Source of the DNA: Eledone cirrhosa
Taxonomy: Eukaryota
Assembly (NCBI GenBank): GCA_964016885.1
Contig: OZ024745.1
Location: 20,460,001 to 20,524,000 of the forward strand
Direction of reading: 5' to 3'
Length of the DNA stretch: 64,000 nt
Notes under the pieces: generated by a model
Told to the model about the DNA's origin: nothing
The model's input: the letters and a program-made list of their open reading frames with translations, nothing else
The model's database searches: none
Position numbers and translations under genes: made by a program
Shown here: one piece after another, positions 1-14,189 of the stretch
Layout of the letters: each line of letters opens with the position of its first letter
Position numbering within the stretch: position 1 is the first letter of the stretch

Positions 1-129
1 TAATGATCTACTAGAGATGTAAGGACAATATATACTACACATACATATACACAATATATACACACATATATATATATACACAATATATACAACACATATA
101 TATACGCAAGTAGCTACAGGTCTTTTAAT

Positions 130-702
130 AAGCACTATCGATCTTTTCGGGGTTGGGTTTTTGGGGCCCCAGGTATCATAAACAAAAAATAAGAATACAC
201 AGCAACCCCCCCCCCCCCCGCCCCAGTTTTACATATCAAAGTTAGCATGGCGCAAGTAATAGGAGTTACAAAGTTATACATACAGGTATTAAATTCAAAA
301 ATTCTAACCATCCTAAAACTAAAATTTCCAGTTGAGGCCACACATAAATTACTACAGACGTCACTGGTGGCCCCCCCCTCCACCACTGCAGGGGGTCCGG
401 AGCAATTGCCTCCTTTGTGTGTGACAGCTCACACCTATGCAGGTTTAGCTGGCCTCCTCCAAGGTATATCTCGTTGGAGATGTCTTGGGTAATTTAATGA
501 TAGGGACCCCAGTCCTATCATCTCATTTCTACAGCTGAGTAAACTGGAGCAACGTGAAATAAAGTGTCTTGCTGAAGGAAACAGCACATCACCTGGTCCG
601 AGAATTGAACTCACAATCTTTCGATTGCAAGCTCAATGCTCTAACCACTAAGCTATCCGCCTTCACAATTGCTTCCTTTGCCCCCCATTAAATCCGGCCC
701 TG
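130..702. mobile_element. Degenerate non-autonomous DNA-transposon (MITE-like) remnant interrupted by a SINE
   Basis: GC-rich end ...ccccccattaaatccggccctg at 681-702 looks like a terminal repeat; the sequence is split by the SINE at 418-665. Left end not clearly identifiable. Confidence 0.35.
418..665 (-). mobile_element. tRNA-derived SINE with 15-bp target-site duplication
   Basis: Minus strand shows a tRNA-like head (tagcttagtggttagagca...gagttcaattct) followed by gcaagacactttatttcacgttgctccag. Flanked by caattgc(c/t)tcctttg at 403-417 and 666-680. Confidence 0.75.
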
Positions 703-904
703 AATCATATAAATAGAAGAACATTTTATCTTTTCTTTCAGCTTTCTGTTAATTCTTTTGTTTTTAAAAATTAAAATTTGTTGAATTGTTAAATCACTCT
801 AAAATAAAAAAAAGTCTGAAAATATGTTTAAATTTACCAAAATAACCTGTCTTTATAATTCTTAAACCATATAATTTGATCATTAAATCCTTTGAGGTTT
901 ATAC

Positions 905-1000
905 TTTTATTCTTTTACTGGTTTCAGTGATTTGACTGTGGCCATACTGGGGCACAACCCTGAAGGAAGTTAATGGATTATATCGATTCCAGTATTTACT
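905..1000 (-). mobile_element. SINE 3' end fragment
   Basis: Reverse complement reads gccccagtatggccacagtc...actgaaaccagtaaaagaataaaag; similar tails at 40770-40820 and 53272-53336. Confidence 0.55.
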
Positions 1001-1089
1001 TGAGTAAGTTTGGTAAATATTTATCGATCTTCTTTTTGGAAAACAGTTATGTTAAGGAACATAAAGAGGCAGCAAACGTAGACGCAGAA

Positions 1090-1284
<195 letters not shown>

Positions 1285-1453
1285 AATCTCTGAAGAAGAG
1301 ATTTGATCTCGAAATATCAGGACAGATAAATAAATAAGGCAACTCATAACATCTTCTTTCGTCTTACTTTCTTATACATCAATTTCGCATTGTTATGGCC
1401 TTCAAACATTACACCATTTCCTCCCTCTCTCTCTCTGTATATATATGTATGTG

Positions 1454-1575
<122 letters not shown>

Positions 1576-1711
1576 CAAAAGGAATATTCAATTTGTTGGT
1601 AATTCAACAAATATAAATGTTTATAACTGATTCAGAGCACCCGACATATTTTCTGGAGTATAATATTCAATGATATTAAATAAATGGAAACTATATTTAT
1701 AAAACCATATT

Positions 1712-1772
1712 TATTCTATTATATATATTTCAAGGGTACCAAAATTTTGGTACGCTTTCATCAGATAAAATA
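1712..1772 (-). ncRNA. Type I hammerhead ribozyme motif
   Basis: Minus strand: tattttat CTGATGA aagcgtaccaaaattttggtaccctt GAAA tatata TA atagaata. Stems I and II pair; stem III is a palindrome. Confidence 0.8.
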
Positions 1773-1967
1773 CGAAGTTTGTTTTATAAATTTTGACATA
1801 ACCAAGGAAAATACCTTAAAGGTTCAAGTTTTCCTTGGATAGACTATCCAAGGAAAACTTGAACCGTTAAGGTATTTTCCTTGAAATATATATAATAGAA
1901 TAAATATGGTTTTATAAATATAGTTTCCATTTATTTAATATCATTGAATATTATATATATATATATC

Positions 1968-2097
1968 GTCCCTTTACGATCTGAGTTCAAATCCCGCCGA
2001 GGTTGACTTTGCCTTTAATCCTTACGGGGTCGATAACATAAAGTACCAGTAATGCACTGGGTATTTGCTGGCCGTGTGCCTAAAGTAGAAACAGTTA
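1968..2097 (+). mobile_element. tRNA-derived SINE (5'-truncated), the most abundant SINE family in the window
   Basis: B-box-like gagttcaaatccc then gccgaggttgactttgccttt...ggggtcgataa...aagtaccag...gctggccgtgtgcc; many paralogues in the window. Confidence 0.8.
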
Positions 2098-2198
2098 TAT
2101 ATATATATCTTCTTCTCCGGCCGAGTTTACACTGTATATATATATATATATATATAAATACACACACACACACAGACACGCGCACACACACACACACA

Positions 2199-2304
<106 letters not shown>

Positions 2305-2620
2305 AATTCATTATTATCTTCCAATATTTAAGAATTTATCTATATCGAAAAGTTTTGAACTTTCCATCTTTAAAGCGATAATATTGATACATTTGATAAT
2401 ATTGATACATTTTAATGCATTACTCTTTATCCAGATACAAAAACCAAATTGAAAAAATATATATATATATACTGACATCGTTTAAATCATTAAAACACTT
2501 AAAATAGTTGAAATTTTAGTAAACTAATTTTTTCCTGTTAAAAGCAGCTATAAGGAAGTTAAAGATATTGCGATAAACAATAGACAAAAATAACCTTCAG
2601 TTGATATATATATATATACA

Positions 2621-2691
<71 letters not shown>

Positions 2692-2695
<4 letters not shown>

Positions 2696-3522
2696 AATTA
2701 AGTTAAAAATGTACATCTACATATGCATACTGAAATACTAGTGTGTATATGAATACACACACGTATACATATGTAGGTGTACCAAGTCTTTCACTGGTCG
2801 CTTTACAGTGAGCGGCCCAGCTATTCTGTATGTAAACACACAGACAAACCGGTTTTTAGAGTCATACTGGTTTTTCGGGGGAACACCTTCCCCCTATTCT
2901 CCAGAAAGCCAGACAAGGAATATTGAACTAGTTTCGTTGCAATATTTACCTATCTACCGGCCTTTCTGGAGAATTGTAAAAGCACATATCGTTATATGCT
3001 TTTTCTATGAAAATTAGTAGTGGGCAGACTAATTTGCATAGAGTGTGAGTACGCACCGGTTCAGCGGAGACGATAAAAACAAATAACGAAACGAAATTAA
3101 ATTTCGTTTCGTTTGTAACTCACTTTTGTATGACTGACGCTTAAACATGTGCTTTTACAATACTCCAGAAAGGCCGGTAGATAGGTAAATATTGCTGATG
3201 AGTTGTAACAACAACGAAACTAGTTCAATATTCCTTGTCTGGCTTTCTGGAGAATAGGGGGAAGGTGTTCCCCCGAAAAACCAGTATGACTCTAAAAACC
3301 GGTTTGTCTGTGTGTTTACATACAGAATAGCTGGGCCGCTCACTGTAAAGCGACCAGTGAAAGACTTGGTACACCTACATATGTATACGTGTGTGTATTC
3401 ATATACACACTAGTATTTCAGTATGCATATGTAGATGTACATTTTTAACTTAATTGTTTAAGCGTCAGTCATACAAAAGTGAGTTACAAACGAAACGAAA
3501 TTTAATTTCGTTTCGTTATTTG

Positions 3523-3528
<6 letters not shown>
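2692..3528. mobile_element. Fold-back hammerhead-bearing element in (TA)n (Penelope pseudo-LTR-like)
   Basis: 2692-2987 is the reverse complement of about 3147-3460; 3076-3148 and 3456-3528 are about 73-bp inverted repeats; (TA)n on both sides. Confidence 0.75.
3188..3231 (+). ncRNA. Type I hammerhead ribozyme, intact
   Basis: aatattg CTGATGA gttgt-aaca-acaac GAAA ctag TT caatatt: perfect 7-bp stem I, 5-bp stem II, palindromic CTAG stem III. Confidence 0.9.
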
Positions 3529-3586
<58 letters not shown>

Positions 3587-3721
3587 ACCCCGACGGCAGA
3601 GGGTTGAGTATTTTCCTATTACCCACTCTACTACCCTAGCTATTGAGTACTCTGGTGCGTTATGGTCCATCTGGTTCCTTACCACACCTCCTTCATTATA
3701 TATATATATATATATCTATAA

Positions 3722-3829
<108 letters not shown>

Positions 3830-3908
3830 TGTATATAATCAAGGGAATGCAAATATAGAAAAAATCTTAAAAAAGAAATTAACAAAAATTCACGGTACTT
3901 ATTATATG

Positions 3909-3991
3909 TGCCCTTACCGCGGTTTCAAATCCCAAACGAATAGATAATCCAAACGGATTTCCATTGAGAAAGAGATTATCGTCAGAAGGCA
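3909..3991 (-). ncRNA. Type I hammerhead ribozyme motif with long stem II
   Basis: Minus strand: tgcctt CTGACGA taatctc...gggattt GAAA ccgcgg TA agggca. Confidence 0.7.
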
Positions 3992-4112
3992 TTTCTCTCT
4001 CGGGGAATATCAAATTCCCGAGTTAAAAATTACAAACTGGCGCCATTCCAAACTGCCTCAGAATGAGAGCTAATGAACGATAAAGTAGTTTTGTCATGGT
4101 ACCGTGTGCAAG

Positions 4113-4182
<70 letters not shown>

Positions 4183-4227
4183 AGTGAGGTTATCTTTGTG
4201 TATATATATATATACATATATCTATAG

Positions 4228-4446
4228 AGAGGAAAAAGTATGACCCCGACGGCAGAGCTCAAGCTGTTTCTACGACTATTTCTGGACTAAATTAGAAAAT
4301 GTTTAATCTACTCCAGAAATAGCCGTCAAAACGGCTTGAGCTCTGCCGTCGGGGTCATACTGTTTCCTATTACCCACTCTACTACCCGAAGTATTGAGTA
4401 CTCTGGTGCGTTATGGTCCATCTGGTTCCTTACCACATTTCCTTCG

Positions 4447-4450
<4 letters not shown>
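4228..4450. mobile_element. Small fold-back element family 'gagctc/cggc' in (TA)n; other copies at 3586-3700, 16672-16840, 29802-30000, 38480-38512, 40921-41243, 52048-52232
   Basis: Shared about 125-bp arm (gaaatagccgtcgaaacggcttgagctctgccgtcggggtc...cccactctactaccc...ccttcgttata), usually with a shorter inverted arm; always bordered by (TA)n. Confidence 0.8.
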
Positions 4451-4484
<34 letters not shown>

Positions 4485-4498
4485 ACACACATATATAT

Positions 4499-4537
<39 letters not shown>

Positions 4538-4548
4538 CATATATACAC

Positions 4549-4609
<61 letters not shown>

Positions 4610-4628
4610 TTTATATATATATATACAC

Positions 4629-4659
<31 letters not shown>

Positions 4660-4664
4660 CACAC

Positions 4665-4711
<47 letters not shown>

Positions 4712-4824
4712 TATATACACACATATATATATATACATATATATGTCGCTTTATAATGATTCAGATATATAAACACACACGCACACAGACACACACAGAT
4801 ATATATATATATATACATATATAT

Positions 4825-4898
<74 letters not shown>

Positions 4899-4983
4899 GT
4901 ATATGTGTGTGTGGTGTGTCTGCGTGTTTGTAGTCAGTGAAAGCAAAAATGAAAGGGAAAAACAGAAAAACAGACAGCCAGAA

Positions 4984-5102
<119 letters not shown>

Positions 5103-5244
5103 GAGATAGAGAGATAGATAGATAGATAGATAGATAGAGAGAGAGAGTGAGAGAGAGAGAGAGAGAGAAAGTAACATGGAGATTATCGAATAATATAAAT
5201 TCATTGATGCCACTCGAAAATTTGCACTTATACACTGGTAGCAA

Positions 5245-6232
5245 CACCACCACACCACCACTACCACACCACCACTACCACCACTACACCACCATATATA
5301 CCACCACTACCACCACCACACCACCGTATCTACCACCACCATCACTACTACCACCACCACAACCACCCCACCATCACTACTTCTACCACCACTACAACCA
5401 CCACCACCAACACCAACACCAACACCACCAACACCACCACTACCATCACCCTTCACCACCACCACCACCACCACCACAACTTCCACTACACCACCATATC
5501 CACCACCACACTACCACCAACACCACTACCTCTACAACCACCACAACCACCACCAACACCAACACCACCAACACCAACACCAAAACCACTACCACCATCC
5601 TTCACCACCACCACCAGTACCACCACCACCACCACCACTTCCACTACACCACCATATCTACCACCACACCACCACCAACACCACCACCAACACCACCATC
5701 ACTACCACCACCCTTCACCACCACCACCAACACCAGCACCAGCACCACCAGCACCACCACCACCAACACCACCACTTCCACTACACCACCATATCTACCA
5801 CCACACCACCACCAACACCACCACCACTACCACCACCACCACCCCCAACACCACTACCTCTACCACCACCACACCACCCCCAACACCACTACCTCTACCA
5901 CCACCAACACTAACACCACCAACACCACCACCACCACGCCACCCCCAACACCACTACCTCCACCACCACCAACACTACCACCACCAACACCACCAACACC
6001 AACACCACCAACACCACCAACACCAACACCACCAACACCACCAACACCACCAACAACAACAACTTTTTCGTGTTTTCGTTTGTTGTTGTTACTGTTGTTG
6101 TTGTTGATGTTGTTGCTGTGGTGGTGTTGTTGTTGTTGTTGCTGCTATTGTTACTGTTGTAGCTGCTGTTGCTGCTGTTGTTGATGTTTCTGCTGTTGTT
6201 GCTGTTGTAGCTGTTGTTGTTGTTGTTGTTGT

Positions 6233-6267
<35 letters not shown>

Positions 6268-6516
6268 TTGTTACTGTTGTAGCTGTTGTTGTTGTTGTAG
6301 TAGTTGCTGTTGTAGTTGTTGTTGTTGTTGCTGCTGCTGTTGTTACTGTTGTAGCTGTTGTTGTTGTTGTAGTAGTTGCTGTTGTTGTTGTTGTAGTAGT
6401 TGCTGTTGTAGTTGCTGTTGTTGTTGCTGCTGCTGTTGTTACTGTAGTTGCTGTTGTTGTTGTTGTTGTAGTAGTTGCTGTTGTAGTTGCTGTTGTTGTT
6501 GTTGTTGTTGTTGTTA
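5245..6516. repeat. Degenerate (ACC/AAC)n tract followed by (GTT/GCT)n tract
   Basis: Direct reading; source of the spurious His/Pro/Thr and Asn ORFs. Confidence 0.9.
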
Positions 6517-6704
6517 TTCAAATTCCTTTGTAACTTTATCGAAGATTCTGTGGAAACCGTGCTGTCCTTAATATATCCAGCCTCAAGCTGTCATGTCTGT
6601 CATACATACATTGCATCTTACAGTCACCCACTCCACCCCCCGCACACACACACACATATGTAATGTATATATGTATATCATGTATTCACACACACACTCT
6701 CGTA

Positions 6705-6753
<49 letters not shown>

Positions 6754-6754
6754 A

Positions 6755-6796
<42 letters not shown>

Positions 6797-7012
6797 GTAT
6801 ATAAATTCATATATATATATATATGTATATATTTATGCGTGTGTGTGTGTGCGTGTGTGTGTGTGTGTGTATACATATATATACTTATATGTACTTCTGT
6901 ATGTACATATAGTTATATATATGTAGGTTTGTGTACGACTGTACGCATGTATATAACCGATTATTTTTCATCTAAGGCGGCAGAATCATCCGTTTAATCC
7001 AAGGAAAATTCC

Positions 7013-7057
<45 letters not shown>

Positions 7058-7290
7058 GTAGTAGTAGTAGTAGTAGCTGTTGTTCTCCTTCTTCTCCCCC
7101 CCCCTCCAGGCTTCACATCTGTACACGAAGACAAAACGGTTTTTATTTATTTCTCATACTGTAACGTAGTTAGAATATACACATTGGTAAAATATACTTG
7201 TAACGAGATACCACACTGTCAAATACAGACGCACACACACACACCCGCACCGAGGCACACACACACAGACACCCACACACCCACACAGAG

Positions 7291-7326
<36 letters not shown>

Positions 7327-7759
7327 GCACGCACACACGTACGCACGATTGCACGCACATAATTACACACAAGCACAGGCATACAAATAGACACACAAAT
7401 ACACACTCGCATACATACACACACAAGCACACAAACACACACGGTTACACAAACACACACACACACGGTTACACACAAACACGCACACACACGGTTACAC
7501 AAACCCATACACAGTTACGAAAACACACAAACACACACACACACATACACACACAAACACACAAACACACACACACAGGTGCACAAACACAGGCACACAA
7601 ACATGCAGACACACGCACACAAATACACACACACAGGCACGTGCACACACACACATGCACACAGGCCCACTCAATGAAATACACATTCACCAACATGTAC
7701 ACACACAAATACAAATCAATATAGAACGACACATATATTGATTTCTAATTAATGCTCAA

Positions 7760-7960
7760 GACCAACAAATATTCAGGGTAAGGCAAAGTTACTTAAATCG
7801 GTCCCAGTTCATGACTGGTATTTCATGTTATCGGCCACAGAAGGAGGAAAGTTAAACTTGACTTCGCGACCTTTTCGTGATTCTAACACAGAACATATAG
7901 AGACAAATCATATACCGAAATGTCATCTTAGCCGTCGCTTTACCAATTCTACCAAAACCA
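7760..7960 (-). mobile_element. Degenerate SINE copy
   Basis: caagaccaacaa...cccagttcatgactggtatttc...tatcggcc...aaagtt resembles the 1968-2097 family in reverse. Confidence 0.45.
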
Positions 7961-8139
7961 CTTTCTAAAGTACATATATTACACAAGGGGCAGCTGCCTC
8001 CACAATCTGACATTACAAAGAAAACGATACCCATTTTGTATACTGCCGGTTTTTCTTTTCTTCGTTTTGAAATCTCAAGTTCCTTTGGGTGTTTTAAACC
8101 CGGAAAAGGGACTGTTGGAATCGAATCAAAGAAGGAAAT

Positions 8140-8370
8140 AATTCAATTCAGTATTCGTGCGAAGCCTTACCTATGGTCATGAATCTCAGGTAATGACCTA
8201 AAGAATACTATCATGAGTACAAACGGCCGAAATGAGGTTCCTCCGAGGGGTCTTTGGAGGAACGTTACTCGAGAAAGTGCGTAGCTCTGAGATCAGTGAG
8301 GCATTCTTGGTAAAGTCGCTACTTCTCCAAACTGAGAGACCACACCCCCAATACTATGAGCATGTGGACA
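8140..8370 (+). pseudogene. RTE-clade LINE reverse transcriptase C-terminal fragment
   Basis: Translates to ...SLTYGHESQVMT*RILS*VQTAEMRFLRGVFGGTLLEKVRSSEI..., resembling the LTYG.E.W...AEMRFLR region of RTE ORFs; contains stops. Confidence 0.7.
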
Positions 8371-8738
8371 GTTTGATTTAAATGTCTTCTTTATCACATG
8401 AGCATATATGTTTTCTTTCGTGTGTTTTTCTTTACCTTATAATTCATTGTCGACGTTCTACACCGTATTTCCATCTACTTCCCCACATTAAATACGCAGA
8501 AGACTGTTATGTTGTTAGACACTGAGATCCACAATAGGTCAGCAGTACTGTCAACAGTGGTGGAAATGCTGTAAATCGATGTCAACAATTGACAAAGGAA
8601 TTATCTTGTTTATGTTACAATGTGTGTTCACTTCTGTACAATCACATCCCCGAGCTTGTATTTCGTTTTAATTAGATCAAATGCCTAATATCATTTACCC
8701 GACAGTTCTAGTCTTGTAGAGGACGTTTCTATAATAAA

Positions 8739-8800
<62 letters not shown>

Positions 8801-8802
<2 letters not shown>

Positions 8803-9537
8803 CTAGCTAAACTACCCGTCCTTTGGACGGTTCAAGTAGCTTTCGATATAGGTCATTAAACTAAACAAAGTAAGTTTGAATACATAGAAGAAAAACGTAC
8901 TTTATGTAAACATGAAAATCTTAGGCACTATTCCAGCGAAATAATTAATATGTAAGCTCGGTGTCATCCGTATACCATGTAACAACAGAAATCCAGTCTA
9001 GGTATACATTTTTTTGACAACAGTAAAAGCGCATCATAAAATAGAGAAGTGAAGTGAATAATAGACACTATTATGTACATAGCATAATATTGTAAAAGTT
9101 ATGACAACACTTAATGTATGAACATGAAGCTTGAAACGATAAATTATACAGTGTCAAATCTATAACTTAACTTAGTAATCTGTTAGAAATTGCTGGTTGT
9201 GAAATATACCAAGTGATATTCTTTGTCTCAAGGAAGCGTACCTTTTGTTTCAAGTACAAAGAGTAAATTAAAATCCGAATGAGCCGAATTACGAAAGATA
9301 ACTCTTGTCTTACTTAATCACGAAAATTCACACAAATAACTGAAACTTTTTTAATGTCTCCAAAGGCCCCAATATCGAATTTTGAAAGCCTTTGTAGATC
9401 ATGTACAGGTTTTGTGCAAGGAGAAGCTCTGTAAACAATTTCAAAGAAATCGCATGAATAGTTTAGAATATATGAGCCCTCATTAAAAATTGTCCACACA
9501 CACACACACATACAGAAAACTTCGTCTTTATATATAT
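8801..9537 (+). mobile_element. Helentron/DINE-1-like non-autonomous rolling-circle element
   Basis: Starts tactag plus short hairpin (ccgtcc-ttt-ggacgg); ends with (CA)n then aaaacttcgtctttatata; same architecture as 58085-59377. Confidence 0.5.
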
Positions 9538-9561
9538 ACAGATATATACTCAACACATATT

Positions 9562-9691
<130 letters not shown>

Positions 9692-9737
9692 GAAGTGTAA
9701 GTCAACAGGTTAAAATTAAATTCGTTTATTCATATTC

Positions 9738-9796
9738 GCTGCAGTATATATTTCGGTGATAACTATTATTCAACAGCTATGACCTCATCAGGCAGC
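9738..9796 (-). ncRNA. Hammerhead motif with degenerate cleavage site (paralogue of 16940-16995)
   Basis: Minus strand: gctgc CTGATGA ggtcatagctgttg...atagttatcacc GAAA tatata ct gcagc. Confidence 0.65.
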
Positions 9797-9938
9797 TAAT
9801 ACTTGAACAGAAAAATACAGGGAAACATAATGGTGGAATAAAGTTGACCTTGTTAATTCGTTGATATGCCAAGATCCGAAATGTGGTGTTGTTAATTCAA
9901 AGATAGATAGATTTAAGTATGTATATAGAGAGATTGGA

Positions 9939-10003
<65 letters not shown>

Positions 10004-10029
10004 TATATATATATTAGTATATTATAAGG

Positions 10030-10270
10030 CGATGAACTTGAACACCGATTACTTGCTACCCATGGCTTCCAATCCAGCAGTTGGCTTGGTTTGTGCGTTT
10101 CTATTTGTAATGCGAGTCACACATGCGGAGTATACACACACGCGAGTCACACATGCGGAGTATTCACTCACACACTAAGCCAATCACACATGCGGAGTAT
10201 ACACTCACACAGTAAGCCAACTGCGGGATTAGAAACCAATGCTAACCACTAGATTGTACTGAAGTTCATC
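10030..10270. mobile_element. MITE-like element with imperfect terminal inverted repeats
   Basis: gatgaactt/aagttcatc and ttccaatccagcagttggctt/aagccaactgcgggattagaa; three internal tcacacatgcggagtat direct repeats. Confidence 0.5.
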
Positions 10271-10318
10271 ATAACATAATATTCCAACTCTGTTCTACAG
10301 AATCACTTAACACACTTA

Positions 10319-10414
<96 letters not shown>

Positions 10415-10573
10415 GAGAGAGAGGGAGAGAGAGAGAGAGAGAGTGAGAGAGAGAGAGAGAGAGGGAGATAAAATCCTGACTGCGGCGTCAAGCGGTTTCT
10501 ACACCGCAGACTCTCTCTCTATCTCTTTCTCTCTCTCTCACTCACACATAGACACACACACACTCTCTGCCTC

Positions 10574-10658
<85 letters not shown>

Positions 10659-11099
10659 ATGAGAAGAAAGAATACTGCGTGGTTGCACATGGGTTACATA
10701 TGATAAAAATAGTCCTTCATCAGTGATTTTCCAACCTTCATTGGTATTTCATCGCTTTAAAAAATCATATACCTCCAGTTGGTGCGAGCAATAGCTAAAT
10801 AAAGCTATTGGGACAAGTAAATCGCGTAAAGCGAGCGAGACAAGTAAACACGCATAGAAGGATAGCAACGCAAAGATAGGATAAACAAGCACATGGGAGT
10901 CCGATCAGCTTTAGCTGTGTGGATTTCATGGTCGAGAGACAACAGACCGTGCGACGCGAGTGAAGTGTGAGCAAGAAAAGACCCCACTACAGGCCAAACA
11001 GGAGGAAGTTAGAAGGGATATATTTATATACACTGTATATACATATAGATATACATATATATGGACATACACTTAGATACACACATACACACTTACATA

Positions 11100-11792
11100 C
11101 TTACATCCATACATACATGATGGCTTCGCCTTCGTTATCGAGTATGGCCATTGCACGATATACGATTATTAAAAAATATTAATTAATCTTACAATGCATG
11201 AGCGTGAAGATATTTTTTAAAGTGAGGAAAGACTGTGCACTGAGCCAATCCCACTCTCTGAGCGACAGTAGCTATAACCCGAAAAGAAGAAAAGATCAAC
11301 ATCATTGGTAACTACTGAGCCGCAGGTTTTATATCGGAGTTATCCCAGTTCCCTAAGTTGCCTTCTCCTAGAAGAATGCCCCGACAAAGGCTAGGGCTCC
11401 TTCATTCCCAGCGGTTTAACCGCGCAATCTGGTGTCCAGCCCGACTATTTCTATGTCCCCGCGCATATACATACACATGCACCCATGTATATACACATAT
11501 ACATATACATACATATGTACATGTGTATATACATATTTACACACTTTTGGTTGGCCGTTGACTCTTATGAGTTCTTCCGTCCATACATACATGATGATGA
11601 TGGCTGCCCCCTCGTTATCGAGTATGGCCATTGCACGATATAGCATTATTAATAATAATTAATTAATTCTATCGTGCAATGCCTGTGCGTGAAGATATTG
11701 TTTAAAGTGAGGAAAGACTGTACTGAGCCAATCAGTAGTTACCGATGATGTTCATCTTTTCTTCTTTTCGGGTTATAGCTACTGTCGCTCAG
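11100..11792. mobile_element. Two adjacent copies of a retroposon fragment in (CATA)n, the second with an internal inversion
   Basis: 11105-11250 is similar to 11580-11732; 11258-11317 is the reverse complement of 11732-11792. Confidence 0.6.
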
Positions 11793-11831
11793 ACATACAT
11801 ACATACATACATACATACATACATACATACA

Positions 11832-11865
<34 letters not shown>

Positions 11866-11879
11866 CATACATACATACA

Positions 11880-11913
<34 letters not shown>

Positions 11914-11971
11914 CATACATACATACATACATACATACATACATACATACATACATACATACATACATACA

Positions 11972-12005
<34 letters not shown>

Positions 12006-12055
12006 CATACATACATACATACATACATACATACATACATACATACATACATACA

Positions 12056-12089
<34 letters not shown>

Positions 12090-12180
12090 CATACATACAT
12101 ATATACATACATACATACATACATACATACATACATACATACATACATACATACATACATACATACATACATACATACAT
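11793..12180. repeat. (CATA)n microsatellite
   Basis: Direct reading. Confidence 0.95.
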
Positions 12181-12964
12181 AAAGACAGACAGATAGAATT
12201 CAAAACTGTACGTGGTTGCTAGTCTGAACAAAACAAGTAATAAGCAAATTATTAATACATTATTGCAAACACGCGCAATTTTATTTGATTTGTTTTTGAT
12301 GGTCTTAGCAAATATTGATAGTCTTGTTGTTGTTTACATTGTTTTTGTTACTTATTGTTTTCTATGAAGTTATAGTAAAAACGGATATTTTATTATTATT
12401 TTTCGTCGCCATTTTTATTTTTTTCTCTATTCTATATTGCTTTTGTCTCATACATAATGATAAATATGGCGACGATAATGACGACAACGGTGAGGATGAT
12501 AATGATGATGATAATGTTAAGTATGAGTATAGTTATAGTAGAGTTGACGACGATGAGGATGAGGATGATAAGGAGGAGGAGGAGGATATGGCTGATATGG
12601 ATGTAGATAAAGAAGGAAAAGAGGTGGAAAGAGGTGAAAAGTAGTTTAGTATACAAACAAACCATAACATAAAAAATGGCTAAACTGTTTATAGACGGGA
12701 AATAAACACAATACCGTAAAATTCCATTTTTAACGTGAACTAACTGGTAAATGTATATATGTACGTATATACAACACACACACACACATACACACACATA
12801 AATATATATGCATAGTGTGTGTATGTATATATATAATATATAATATAAAAGTTTATATACATATAAACTAGACAGAGCTATAGATAGATATATATATATG
12901 TTTTTGGCAACCATTCACGGTGTGGCTCAATGACGAATTAATTAAATAATTAATAATCAGAGCA

Positions 12965-13550
12965 ATATATAAAAAAGTAAGTCCATTAGATAAAATATAT
13001 ATACAGAATTTATTCTCCCAATCAGCATAAATCAACTACACAAAAAAATCATTTAAACGAGGCTATAAGTTTAAAATATACTTATGAAGAAACAATAGAT
13101 AAATAAATGATACCCTTTTATCAACGATTCACAGGCACAGAAAATTTACCTAGTATTTCTGATAGTCTGTAGAAATTGACAAGATATATAGTTAACCATA
13201 CATAATTAGGTACAAAATCAAAGTTAGAAGAAAAAAATGGACATAAACATACCAAAATCATCAAAATCTATCTCTACTCCCGTAGATTTCATTCACTTTT
13301 TGGATATATGGTTAACTATATATCTAGTCAATTTCAACAGGCTATCAGAAATAGTAGGTAAATTTTCTGTGGCTGTGAATCGCGGATAAAAAGCTGTCAT
13401 TTATTTATCTATTATTTCTTCATAAGTATATTTAAAACTTATAGCCTCGTTTAAATGATTTTTTGTGTGGTTGATTTATGCTGATTGGGAGAGGAAATAG
13501 TGTATATATATTTGATCTAATGATTGTATGGACTTACTTTTTTAATATAT
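12965..13550. mobile_element. Palindromic element with about 235-bp imperfect inverted arms
   Basis: 12965-13200 is the reverse complement of about 13305-13550; a partial third copy lies at 53476-53560. Confidence 0.75.
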
Positions 13551-13576
13551 AATATATATATATATATATATGTATA

Positions 13577-13607
<31 letters not shown>

Positions 13608-13623
13608 TATATATTCATGTATA

Positions 13624-13727
<104 letters not shown>

Positions 13728-13737
13728 TGTATGTATG

Positions 13738-13786
<49 letters not shown>

Positions 13787-14003
13787 CAATCATATCTTAT
13801 TTTGTTTGACCCGTTTAGCTTGTTCACTCTTTTGGCTTAGATGGTTAATGGCTTCTTAACCATCGTCTCAGTTTGTATGACCTTTTTAACTCATGTTTAT
13901 AGCTCTGGTATCTTCATATCCATTGAGCGCTTGTCAACACAATTCGGAGTTGCGTTTCGCTAATTCCTACCCGCCGAAATACGATTCTCGCTAAATTTAT
14001 AGT

Positions 14004-14054
<51 letters not shown>

Positions 14055-14147
14055 AGGTATTTAATGTGTCTCACACGAGTAAAAATATAGAAAAAGAAGT
14101 TAAAAATGCAATTGGAGTCTTTAAGAAGGTTTGTTTACATTAATTTA

Positions 14148-14189
14148 TAACTTTACCGGTTTCATAAGTTTCAAGGTTTTCAAAAGTTA
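14148..14189 (-). ncRNA. Hammerhead variant with U3-A8 core; stem II degenerate
   Basis: Minus strand: taactt TTGAAAA ccttgaaacttat GAAA ccgg TA aagtta. Confidence 0.5.
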
